Origin: Seison nebaliae
Taxonomy: Eukaryota
NCBI GenBank assembly: GCA_023231475.1
Contig: JALJEE010000596.1
Coordinates: 62,001-126,000, forward strand
Reading direction: 5' to 3'
Length of the DNA: 64,000 nt
The notes below the pieces were generated by a model, which saw only the letters and a program-made list of their open reading frames with translations, searched no databases and was not told the origin of the DNA. A program made the position numbers and the translations under genes. Every line of letters starts with the position of its first letter. The stretch's first letter is position 1. Positions 1 to 13,516 of the stretch are shown here, one piece after another.

Positions 1-2108
1 GCAAAACAAAGAAATGTTGAAAGATGATACAATGGCAGACGATGAGATGATGATGGCAGACAGTACTCTAATTCAAAATACGAATGCTCAAATTGAGGAA
101 TTAAAAAATGCGAGACAACTCGCTGGTACGATAACGGAAAAAGGAGCAAATCTTTTCGAATTATTAGAACAAGAAGTAGATCTGAGAGTTCATAAAAATC
201 TTAATCTTCTCACTAAGCCACTCTCTTTATGTATACGTAGGAAATAAGAACAAAAGTTCTCAATAAGAATTATGATACGAAAAATGTTCAGAAATATATC
301 AGAGAAGCTGGAACTATGATCGAAGTTTTCTACTTATTCGATCTATAAAAAATCTAAATAAATTTTTAATAATTCATAGAAAGAGAATGAAAAGACTCAG
401 AATATGCTGAATAGTATCAAAACAGACGAGAATGGTCTTGATCAGAAGATCGAGAAGAAAAGAGCCGAATATGAGAGAAGACAAAAGAAATTAGGAACAT
501 TAAAAGTTCTCAGGTTTGAAAATTATTTTTATCCAAATTCTATCGGAAATTAACATTAAAAAAAGACCGGCTTATATGGATGAATATTTAGTATTGGAGA
601 AAGAGTTGGAGAAGGTGTATGAGGAGTATCTTGTGAAATTTCGAATACAAACCTATTTGGAGCAACAATTACATGAAATGAATAAAGAAGACCAAAGAAA
701 CTTTGAGGTTTAACTTTGAACTTTGAACGAAATTCATTTTGTTTTGTGTTTCTGATATTTTTCTTATTTTATAATTTCATAATTTTTGTTCATTAATCTT
801 TGAAAGACGATGAAAGAAACAAGACAAGAATTATTAAAGAAACGAATTGATGATCAAGTCATAAATGATCTGAATGAGTTCGATGAAGAAGATGAAATTA
901 ATTCTTTGAGTTTCGTTTCTTTTCCTTTTAGTTTATATAGAAATTACTTAAGTTTATCATATAATTTAGTTGATATTATCAGAATAATTTAAATAGTTTA
1001 GAAATTTAACAATTATTCTTCGAATTTTAGGGAGATAAAATAGGACCGTTTTCCAATTACATGGCAGATACAGTAAATGTTTTTGCAGGTGAACCACATT
1101 TCTTAAGCTGAACCGAATTATTATTACAACTATATCTTTCTTATAATTTTTCTTTTTTCTCTGAAGGCGATTCTCAGGAACCGGATATGGCTGACGTCGA
1201 AATAGATGAAAACGGAAGATTAATGGGTTACTTTTTTATAATGTGAAATTTATTGAGGAAATGTGAAAAAAATAGTGTTACCAGAAGTTGGTTTCCACGA
1301 ATATGATACAGATAAGAAAGATAGGAAATTAATAGCCGATCTAATGAAAGTTCAAGGTTAAAATGAAGATAATTATTGAGAATAATTTGGACGAATATCT
1401 CACTTAGATAAGAATTTCCCAGAGAATGATCATGAAATAACGACTAGCGACACGACCGACCAGAATTTCGATGATACAAATGGATTAGAAGAACGAGTTA
1501 AAGTCGCAGCTGCTAATAATAATCCGATTGAGACTAAATTATCCGGATCCGAATTAATTGATCATGAAACTGGTGTTAATCCGTTCGCCGGATTACATGA
1601 TGATGATGATTTATTTAGTAACGTGAAAGAAGCGACAGATATCTTGCATTCAGATAATTTGGATAATATCGATGTAGTTCATAATTTCGATCAGGAATTC
1701 GAAGAGAATATTAGTAGTAATAATCGACTATTTCAATTCAACAAGCGAAAAACAGATAATAAGCGTATACGACACATCTTTAAAGAACAATCGTATTATG
1801 ATGAAGGATTCTAAAGTGAAATAAAGTACATGTTAATGTTTATCAAAGTTTTATTATCGATGAAATTTTAAGGAAATTTATATTTTTAAATTTATTTAAT
1901 TTTATGATTTTATTATTTTGTTTTACTTCCATTTTTTATGTTTGTTTTATTTGGAATTATAGAAAAATTCAGTTCTTCCAAAGATATAAGTGAAGATGAA
2001 GATATGAGAAAACCGTTACGCAGGAAACGACCTAACGGTGCACACAGTGGTGCACAGAGACATGGACCGAATATGGGACTAAGTGACGAAAGTGACAATG
2101 AATTTTGA
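1..2108 (+). CDS. CLUAP1: Clusterin-associated protein 1 / IFT38, 5'-partial, multi-exon. Introns 188-240, 325-379, 514-565, 708-806; less certain 915-1030, 1089-1166, 1227-1275, 1357-1407. Alternative last exons 1408-1814 or 1963-2108
   Basis: Spliced translation ARQLAGTITEKGANLFELLEQEVDLR..DENGLDQKIEKKRAEYERRQKKL..LRPAYMDEY..KFRIQTYLEQQL matches the CLUAP1 coiled-coil region. Exon 1963-2108 ends SDESDNEF*, like the CLUAP1 C-terminus DESDNDF. Confidence 0.9.
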
Positions 2109-2473
2109 TTAAAAATTTCATCTATTTTCCTAATTCCAAACAGAAATTTCATAAATTTTTTCATAATAAAAACCATTTGACGGAGAGAAATTATTATAAG
2201 TTAATTACGACGAATTGATAAAGGAGAAATATGTGTGAATAAATTAGTGGATGTTTAAGTTAAAAAAAAATTAAACGTCTTTTAACGGTTACGTCAGATG
2301 ATGAAAATAAGAGATGTGAATAATTTCTATTTTCATAATGAAATGACATAAAAATGAAGTCGATATGATCTACGTCATCGAAGACGGAAATGATTGCACG
2401 AACGAATCATCATTAGATGAGTAAATGTCCGATTCATCATCTTGATTTCGTTCATTTCAAATAGACAATAAGA

Positions 2474-3800
2474 ATGATTCAACATCAATCTCATTTGATT
2501 GGAGTTGCAATCGATAAGAATAATGATTTTACTCGACCAACATTTAACAATAATCCAAACGGTACGGAATCGTTCTATCAAGAACGATATTCTCGATATT
2601 TGAACGTTCTCAATGAAAAGAATGGAAAAAATGAGAGTCTTTTCATTGAACCGAATGCAATATTTTCGAAGGTGACTGGACAGATACATACGGTAAATAA
2701 GAAGGAAGGTTCTACAACTCATCTTAATAATCAATTTTTATCCGATCAGAATTGTAATCAATACCGAAATCTTTATCATCAACATAATACAATTGTTCCA
2801 GTTTATGAAAATTTAATCAGTTCGAACGATTTAGATCATTTTCAGAATACTCTCAATGTTCTTCCATCGAAAAAGAAGAGGAGACATAGAAAAGAAAGAA
2901 AGAAAAGTGAAAATTCAAAATTATTTATTTCTACCGCGGAAACATTTCCCACTAATCGTAGTAGTTTATCAACCGAACGAATATCAAATAGTACAATAAA
3001 TCATCAACAGAATCTCGATAGCTTAATTGAAGAATCAATTAAATTATTGCCAACAAAATCAATAACAACACCACAACCGGCACCACCGCCGCCGCCACCA
3101 CCCCCACCGATAAATGAAATGGAAGAAGAATTATCGCCAAAAAATAGTGAAGAAAGAAAGAAAAATATCGTTAGTCAAAAAGGAAAGAAGATCATTGAGA
3201 ATGAAGAAGATTCTCAACAGATTCTAGATGAACTTCATCGAAAATTCAAAGATATCAATAATGATGAAACGAAAGTCAGAAATTTACTCGTTCAACAACA
3301 ACATCGGAATAGTCTCCTATCTGTGGACAGTAACAGTACAAGAAGGCCGATCGATTCAATAATTGAACCAAGTTATTTGAATTTTGAATAGAATTTGAAT
3401 TAAATTTAAAATTGAAGGAAAAAAACCGATAGTTGTTCAGGAAAAATTTCCGGCGGTTAATTTGAAACGTGTGAGAAATTCATATGAATCGATGACACCG
3501 TCTATTGAGCGTGGAAATATAGTGAACAATGAATTATTATTAGCAAAGAATCGATTGAAAAATGTTAAAAAAAGAAATTCGTCAAATACGTCGTCGGTGA
3601 ACGCAGTTCATTTGGAATCGAATCCTCAACTGTTAGAATCGTCAATTCAAAGTCATAAGATGAATATTCCTTATACAAAAACTACACCGTTACAATTAGC
3701 AACGGAATTCCTTCCGAAACATGTTCGTGAAAATGAGAAATTAAAAAAACGATCACCTTTACGGATGACTCTCGACGAAATATTACAACAATACACATAA
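2474..3800 (+). CDS. Proline-rich, largely disordered protein with two WH2-like (LK.V) motifs; intron 3372-3417; start uncertain
   Basis: ORFs 2474-3391 and 3462-3800 join in frame through a 46-nt GTTATT..GAAG intron. Contains a poly-Pro tract and motifs PAVNLKRVR and ELLLAKNRLKNVKK. Confidence 0.65.
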
Positions 3801-4613
3801 CTATAAATAATTCATATAATAATAATAATTTTTTAACATTTGTTGAAATTGATGGAAATGAAAGGAAGAAGAGAACAAAAATGATGGTTTGTGTTCAGTA
3901 TTAAATAAAATATCCTTTTTTATTTCATAGAATATTGTTATGAGAGACAAATTAATAAATATAAAAATCTTAGTCAAAAGTTGTAAGTTTAAAACATATG
4001 AATTTTCGATTGATGTGTGGAAGAGGAATAGGAACCGAGAAATGTTTGCGAATTAATAAGAATTGAATAGGAAGAGAATTCAAATAAGATTCCTTTCGCT
4101 ATATCAACTTCCCTTTTTGTGTTTGTTATAGAAATGATCAAATTGAAATTTTCTTTAATTAAAAATTTGAAGAAATGTTTCTTTGTTGTTGATGATCGGA
4201 TCGATTTGTATCGATGAAAAAATGATAATAATGAATCGATATTTCTTTTATAATATATATATATATATGTCAAATAAGTGTTGGTTGCTCTGGGAGACGA
4301 GAATTGGGGGGGAGATGATAATATAAATAAAGAAGTGGAAAGAAGTGGAGAAATTTAAATAAAAATCGATTTTGTGTATTTAACTTAATAAAATGTATGT
4401 GCAAATTGTTGGTGATTGAAAAGGCGGGAATAATAAAATGTGAAATGATTGAAGAAAGGAAGAATAAATAAGAAAATTAATCGAATCGATTAATTAGATA
4501 TGATACAGAAATGGGATTTATATATTTCAATATATTCGACATCCGTTCTCTCTCCCCACACACACACACTCACTCACACAACCCCAACTACGTGGTGAAG
4601 GTGGGGAAAATGT

Positions 4614-7600
4614 TCAATTCATCCATCTTCGACAATTTAACGCTCCACATAAACAAGGAATTTTGACACTTTCATCCTCCAAATCGAACTTATAATCATA
4701 AGTGAACTGAAATAAATAATAATAATTAAATGAAAATGAGGAAAAAATTAAAATTCTCCAAACTTCTTCCCCTTTTAATACTCGTCGATTGGTGATGATA
4801 ATTATCTTCTTCTCGTCATCGATTTGGACGACTTCAGCGGCACAATTCGGATCACATGAATGATTGACATATCTTGCTGGACCTCCAACTAATGTGGCAT
4901 CAACAACCAAATCCTCATCCATACGAAACATATAAATTCCTCTTCCTTCCGATTCGTAGATCTTTAATTAATACAAAATTTTAAAATGATTAAATAATGA
5001 AGAAAATTAATATATTAAACTTTCTCTCGTTTATTTGCTATCTCATTTCGAATTAATTCTCCAATATATTCGATAACCATCATATGTTTCTCAATATCTC
5101 TCGTACAATAAAGTCCGAGTCCCTGAAAAAAAAAAGAAAAAATTTTTGAAATTTTAAAATTTTCTAAGGATGAAAATTTATGGAACTTGAATTTTAGATT
5201 TTCCCAATCGACAATGATATCGCCATTCATTCACCATTCGATGATAAAGTGTTGAACGTTGAACATACATATTTCTCGGAATGACGGATATCTCAATTTT
5301 GTTGTTGTTGTTGTTGTTAGAATTGGAAGGATTGGTTGAATTGTTTTGATCTTTTGAGAAAATATTCTTTTTCGGTGTGGTCGTCTTCAGACCACAATAT
5401 AATTTTTTCGCACGATTAAATGCTTCGCTACGACAACAACCACTATCATTGATTGGCGGTGGTAATTGGAATAAATTTGGTTTTTTACATAATCGTCTAT
5501 AATTACTAAATTGTTCCAATCCATTAAGCTAAAATGAAAGTTGAGGGAATGGATGAAAAATGAATAGATTAACAGATTCGATTAGACGTACGATAATCGG
5601 TTCGCGTAAACCGATCATCGTCTCTCCATTCACCAGATTGGAGAAGAGTTTCGTAATTTTCTTCGATTCTCTCAACAGTTGAATATTGAATAAAATGAAA
5701 TTCCATAGAACTGGAAAATTGAAAAATTGAAAAAAGTTTATGTAAAATTAAATTGAAAAATTATTACCTGTAATATTGTTGGCGAATATGACTAATTTAT
5801 CGATGGAATATCGATTCCATGTGATGTCGGAGAAAGCTTCAGTTAATTTAAGTGTTTGTGGAATTTGATTATCTGCCACTTCGATTTTGAATGAAATCGT
5901 TTTATTCTTTTCAATTATCTCACAATCATATTTCGCTCGTTTATTCAATTTGAACATCGACCAATAAAATTTTATGACTCGATAACCGATCTATAAATAA
6001 GAAATTATTTATTATTATTATAATAAATTTTAATAAGGAACAGGATATAAGAATCGTGTGGATGATTGGAGTTCATCCGAATTATTCAATAATTTCAATT
6101 GACCGATATCGAGAAGGAGAAGATTACCGATACGAATATTGATTCGACCACCATCAAATTCATTCAAATCCATCAACCTGATTATATTCCATGAAATTTG
6201 AATGAAATAGAAACGATATAAAAAAATAAAACTTTTGTAATTGTTCTTGCTCATTCCTCTCCACATATACACGACGGTCGACTTTCAACGATTTCATAAT
6301 CATCGATTTTGGAATTTTATATTTCTTTTCATTTATTATTAAATTCTTTGAAGATCCATCATTTGAAATATCAGCACAATCGGCACAATATGTTCGTTTA
6401 TCGGCTAGAAAGTATAAATGATTCTTCGTGGCACAAGAGAGATGATACGTCTTCTCACAAGAGAAACATCGAACAGATGCGCCATAATAATTGCATAGAA
6501 CGCATTGGAGTTTCAACGATAATTTAATCGCTTCATCCACATTCATTAGAGAACCACATTTCGCCTCGTACACAGCCCAATGCCACAAAATACAATTTAA
6601 ATGAACCCATTTATCCACGTCAATCATAAGTAGACGTGATAAACGTTTATCATCTTCATCACCCAATTGATGACAGAGAATACATTCCCGTTCATTCATC
6701 TCCTCAATCATCGATTGTTCGTTAACGAGTGAAGTGTCGAATGAATAAAATCGATTATTGATTGGAATATCAAATTGATTCGATGAGAAATGTTCGAATT
6801 CATCATTGAAATGATGATGTTGAAATCGGAGTTGATGATGGAGAACTGATGACATTGATGATTGTAATTCGGATTGATGCACTCTCGATAAATGACGACA
6901 ATATTCATAGAATGATGATTTATTTATAAGAATCATTTCCAGATTATTCTTATTTAACGTTGATCGATATTGTGAGAGAAATAAATCGATATCACTCGTC
7001 ATCATAAATGGTAATCGAGAATGGAGATATTGTTTCGCATCGAACATAGTAAATTTTTGAATATGATTTCTCCGACTCGACATCTCCATCACTTCATTTT
7101 GATTATTGTTATTATTCGTTTCTTTTCGATAATAATCAGAGAGATATCGATGCCATCGAATTCCTTCAGTTTTCGGTTGATTCAAAATATACAATTCCTC
7201 CAATACACTAATCATTTGAATGATGAGTTGACGTGAATAACAGAGACTGATAGCCGATGTGATTTTATGAATAGATGATAAATCATTCATAACAATTCCG
7301 ATAATAATCCAGATATCTGATGAGAATTTATGAATGAATTTTATATGATCATCATCAGTTATTGATGATGATTGTAATTGTTGATCATAAGTCGATTGAA
7401 TTAAATTATCATTATTCATCTCCTCATTTTCCATAAACGAGAAATATTGTTGTTGGATGAATTGGAGGAGTTGTACATCTTCCTTCCATTCACCGTTCAT
7501 CCAACAATTATGAAGATGTGTTTTCTTTTCAAATTTCTCATTCATCATCAACGGATTATAAACGAATAATTGAGAGACACTGTCCATTATATCGATCTTA

Positions 7601-10600
7601 CGAGATGGATATAATTGATATGAATTGATCACTTGAGTAAATAATGATTGATGGTTTGGTTGTATGAACATGGTATGTTGTCTCTGTTTCTCACAAAGGA
7701 GATTGTTTATAAAAGTATTTAAATTCTCAATATTATTCACTAAATCTCGAATATCTTCGATGCAATTCTTCTCGTTACCCAAACAAAAATTCCTTAAGAA
7801 ATTCAAATAATTTTGACAATGTTTCTTCAATTCACCATTGACATATTCCACATCTTTCATCACCAACTCTTCATCACTCACATAATTGGAATTATTCATA
7901 TTCTTCTCATATTTCAATTTCATCAGTTTCTCTTCTTTTACTATATCCAACAAATAAATATTTCTCTTCAAATGTTTAATGTGAATGACGGAAGGAATTG
8001 TGAGAAAAACATTAAAATATTCGAATAAATTAAAAAGATTTGATTTGAAAATGTTGAAACAATCAGATGAACAGAAATTCATCGTATTATTCTGTTCATA
8101 TTTACTGGGCAATGTTTTAACTCCATTCAAATTTAATTCCTTCAAAAATGTTAGATAATTATTTGGATCATAAAAATCCGTTTTCTTTATCTCTTCTCCA
8201 ATCACATTCTCGAGGAGTTGTTCGAATGTTAAAATTAGAGGAGTTTCCGATTCTACTTGATCATTTATGATTAATTCGAGGAAATAGCGTTTCCAATTAT
8301 AATCAGAGTTCAATTCTTCCAAAAATTTCCGATGGACAAATATATCTCGATTACAATATCGACATTCGATACAATCGAACAAACTGGAAACTTCATCCAA
8401 ATTAACTTGATGTTCCGTTTGAAATGTGAAGATGTTATCGAGAATCATATCATCATCAATATCAGAATTATTTTCATTAAATTCCTCTTCATCATCATCG
8501 TCATCATCTTCTTCTGTTACGATTAATTGATCGGAATTCCTTCTCATTTCCATTATCTCGTCATCATGAGTCGTTGCCATTTCTCCAATATTGTCATGAT
8601 ATGTCGAACGAGCTAAATCAGAAATGAAATAATTCGATGACGATTTTATTTTGTCGGGTGAAATAGTGTGACGATTTAAAACGAATCGACAATCAATCGG
8701 TAGATTAAGTGAGAAATATTGATGAACTTTTAAAGAAATCTCTTTCATATTTTCATCTAATTTCACATTCTTATCAAACACTCTCAAATATTCATCGAAT
8801 GCATATCCACTTTGAATAGCTTGTGATGCATTGCCTATGGGAGGAGTTAATAAACTTCTCACATAATTCTCATCAATCAATTCCTCTCCATTATTCTCCA
8901 TCCTTTTAATTGGTGATATCGACTCTGGTTTGATAGTTGATTGTGAATTTGTCATTTTATGATTTACATCGACATCATCGTCCATCAAAGAGAATTGTGA
9001 GATCGTTTCCATTAACCAACTTGCTACATAAATTGATAATGTTACGTCATCAACACCATCATTCAACGAAGTATCGAATATTTGAAATTTAACCATTTTA
9101 TTCTCAATACACAAATTCGAAGTAGTTGAAGTTGTGTGATGATTGGGAATGAATTTCGTGGAAGAATTGGCATTAGAAATCATCAAATTATCATAATGAT
9201 GAATATTGTCTTGGAGTATTCGATCCTCCTCTCTTACCAACTCGTAAATTGAAGAGAAATATTCTTTCGAATTAATTTGAACGTTCCTTCCAATTAATTC
9301 GTCTTTTATTCGATCAATGTTTAATCGATTTGAATCAGTTTCTCGTTTGATGACGGCAAATTTTCCCATTTGCTCTTTTGACAGATTCGTTCTCAAATTC
9401 TTCGATGACTCAATTTGTTGATTGAATATCTCATATCTCAATGCTCGTTTCGTTTCAATCGTAGTCGACTCATTATCTGACGTGTTAATGTTAATGTGAC
9501 AATCGTAAATATTGCCCTGAATTTCGAAGGATTCTGATGTATTTTCGTTGTAGTTACGAAGTGGTTCATTAAATTTATCCATATAGAGTGGCGGGAGAAC
9601 CATAGGAGATTTGAAGAGATCCAATTCCTTCAACAAATTCTGAACTTTACCTCTCGTTTCGGGAGAGATGACTGGAAGAGATGATTTCACTTGAGATTTC
9701 GACTTCCGAATATTTCCACCATTATTCAAAAATTGATGGTGTGATATCGTTTTCTGTCTTATGTTTATCTTACTTTCATTCACTTTCAATCGATTTATTG
9801 TCGATCTCGATTTACGTTGAGCGATTATTGGTCGTTGGATGGGAACATTGTCAGGGCAGTTTGGTGTATGATTGTGAATTGCACGTGCATTTTGTGAAGG
9901 ATTTCGAATTAAATTCGGATTGGATTTTTGATAAAGATTCGGACGCGAATTCACATGAGGATTATTTGGGAGATTCGATTGAAGATGTGAAGCTTGAAGA
10001 TCCTGAGTCTGATAATTTTGTGGATTCAAATTCTGAGGATGATTCGGATAAAGATGTTGGGACGGTACATGAGATGAAGGTTTCCGTGAAATTTGAGAAT
10101 TAGAGAAATTAGACTGATTGACGTTGTTGTTCAATGGAGATGGTGGGGCAGGAGGTTGTTGTTGTTGTTGTTGTGGAGGATGAGGCGAGTGATGAAATGT
10201 TGGGGTACGCACATCATCATATAATGGAGCGTTCAGATAATTTTTAGTGGAATAAGGATCATTTAATTCCTTCGGTTGTCTTTCTAAAAATTTACTGGTC
10301 GATGATATGTTCAAATATGATGTATCCGCTAACGAAACATCATTGGCAATGAGCGTATCTGAATTATAATCATTAAAAAAAGATTTATTGCTTCGAAAAT
10401 TATCATCGAAATTCTGATAATTATTCAAATTTCGTTGACTCTCCACATTCATGTCGTTGTTTTTGTTATTGTTTTTTGAATTGATATTCGAATTAAATAT
10501 ATTAGATGGTGGATCATAAAACGTTTGAGATTTATTCGTTAATACATTCTTGTTGTTGTTGTTCTTTTTTAGTTTAGTCAAATTAGAAGAAAATTCATTT

Positions 10601-11697
10601 GATGATTTCCGATTATTTTCCGTTGGATGAATATTTTTCGGCGCCAATAACGATGAAGATAATTGAAAATTTAAATAATTCTTCTGACTTTGTTGTCGTT
10701 GAATAGGTTCATGAACAGGTTTCTCATTATAATAATCATTACGAACCGATTCCGAACGATTCGATTGGAAATTATCTTTCAAATTATTCTGATTCGGATA
10801 AAATGTATCTTGAATAATATTATTATTATTAATATTGTTGTTGTTGTTGGTGTTGTTGTAACTATTGGTTCGAATGATATTTCTTTCCGAATTATAATCG
10901 TTAAGTGTTGGATTTGATCCTTCTTTCTCGGTCGTTAACATTCGTTTCAATAATTGATTGTTTGATGAATTCGTTCGAGAATTTCGATGAGAATGAAATG
11001 ATTGATTCATTTGAACAGGAATGTCTATATTATTCGTTTTGGAACTCATTGGACAGAAGGATTGAATAACTTTTCTATTCGGTTCCTCATATTTCTCATA
11101 TTTCTCATCATCATCATTAAAGAAACGATTATTATCAATATCAACATTCATATTGTCATGGTCGTCATCGATTTCGATGTGATCGAATGGGAGATCGGGC
11201 GACAAATATGACGTTGGTTGAATTTGAATGAAATTGCGTTTTCCGTTGGATCGATTGTCGATGGATCGTCCATGTAATATGAGATCTTTGATGGAATCGG
11301 CTTCTTCGATCGATTGTGTCGGCAATTCACATGAATGTACCTCAATAGTCATCAAGTGAGTGATCTCTTCACCATTCCTAGATAAATCGTTAGAAATGTT
11401 TAAAGGATTATTTTTTAATTCTTTCGAACACATTGAAGATGGTGGGACCTGATCATTCATATTCGTCATATTCTTGTCGGAATCCGAAAGATCCGTCGTT
11501 AGAGCCAAATCAATACTCTTAAAATTGTCTTGTTGTTGTGATTTGGTTATTGGCCGATCGGATGTTTCGGTCGTTGACGTACCAGAAGGTCCTGGTATCA
11601 ATGAATTAATTAATGATGTTTGAGATTTTAAACTAGAATCAGAACTGGAACGATTAAATTGATTCCTGTTCTTCTCATATGATGATGGAATATTCTC

Positions 11698-11762
<65 letters not shown>

Positions 11763-13485
11763 CATTATTCTCATTATTTGATGTTTGATTATTATTAATA
11801 TTGTTGTTGTTGTTGGTGGTGCTGCTGGTGGTGATGCTGGTGGTTTTATTTGGAGTTTGAGCTTTCATTGTCGTCGTTGTCAAATTGTGTTGATTTAGTG
11901 GGAGAATATTGGAAAGATTCTTATCAATTTTCAAATGTTGACCAGCAATTTGTTGTTGTTGTTGTTGTTGTTGTCTATTGTTCAATAATATTTGTTGCTG
12001 CTGTTGTTGTTGTTGTTGTTGTTGTTGATAACGATTCAATAAAAATTGTTGTTCAACATTAATCTTTTGTTGTTGTTGTTGTTGTTGTTGATGAGATTGT
12101 GATGATAATGTTGTAGGGAATTTTTGTAAATTATTACAAAGTTCATGTGGTTGGGGTTGGTCGTTAGGGAGTAATTGAGAATTGATATTCATTAAATTCA
12201 TATTTGGATATTGAGGATGTTGACTATGACGTTGGGTGGATGATAAATGATGATGTTGTGGTTGTGGAAGATTTTGATTCTTTTGCTGACGTTCCTTCTG
12301 CTGAAGAATATCCTTCAACGATTCCTGATGAAGTGGACGATTGATTGTATTCTGACGAGTAACAAGTGATGGTGATATCATTGACGTTCCAGTCGTCGGA
12401 ATAACGGGAGTTGTTGATACCGTTGTCATGGTATTGTTGATGGAATTTGGTGGATTGACTCCACATTTCGAATTTGCGATTAATGAGGATGATGACGATG
12501 ATTGGACAGCTGAAGAGAATTGTTCGGTGGTAGAAGAAACATTTCCATCTTGATTGATTTTTGATTTGATTCGTTTCTCTTTTTGTCGTTGTCTCGCCGT
12601 TTTCACTTGTGGAATACATTCGTTAGTTCCATAAGCATTTTTTGTTCGTTCTGCAAAATCTTTCATTTCTGTGATGAGATCAGAGAAATCCTTTTTTGCT
12701 CTTTCCATCTCCTGTTTCTTCTTCTTAACATCTTCCGCTAATTGTTCTGCTTCTTTGTTAAATTCAGGATTCTTTTCTGATTTCCTTTTTTTCGAATTCT
12801 TTTTTCGTTGAGCTGCTGTATGAGCCTTTTCTGTTGATTCGAATCGATCTCTCATAATATCAGCCTCCTTCAAATAATTATCATGTTTCGCTCGATCTGT
12901 CATTTCATTAGAGTCATTATCCAATTGATTATTATCTACAACTGTTTTATTATTGGATAAACTTGTGGCTCGTTCTAAAATATCATTCACTTTCTTATCT
13001 GCAATCGATTCGGATTTATTCCTACTATTCGTCTCGTTTCTCTCAATTGACGGATTTGAAATATTTTCAACTTTCTTTCTCTGCTGATCGTTCCATTGTT
13101 GTTGTTGTTGTTGTTGTGGTGGTGGTTGTGCCTGTAGTTGTGGTTGTGGTTGTGGTTGTGGCATATATTGATTTGGAAGATGATTCTGTAATGGTGGTTG
13201 TTGAGGACGTGGTGGTCGCTGATTAAATTGATTATGGAATAACAGCGGATTGAATGACGGATGATTCTCATTTTTTAAATTATTCGATAATTTCTGTGAG
13301 AATTGTGGTAAGAAATTTCCTTGATATTGATTTCCCATTAATTGTGATGATGTCAACTGTTGATGATGTTGCTGTTGTTGATTATGATGATGAGGATGTT
13401 GAGGTTGTAAGTTGTTTGATTTCATTTGAGTCGAATTAAGAAGATTTGAATGATTATTCTGCTGATTCAATGGAATTGGTAATTT

Positions 13486-13516
<31 letters not shown>

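Noticed and set aside
4580..4613. GC-rich hairpin just after the KMT2 TGA, possible readthrough or SECIS signal
   Set aside because: The protein ends at the conserved post-SET terminus, the stem is short, and there is no SECIS core.
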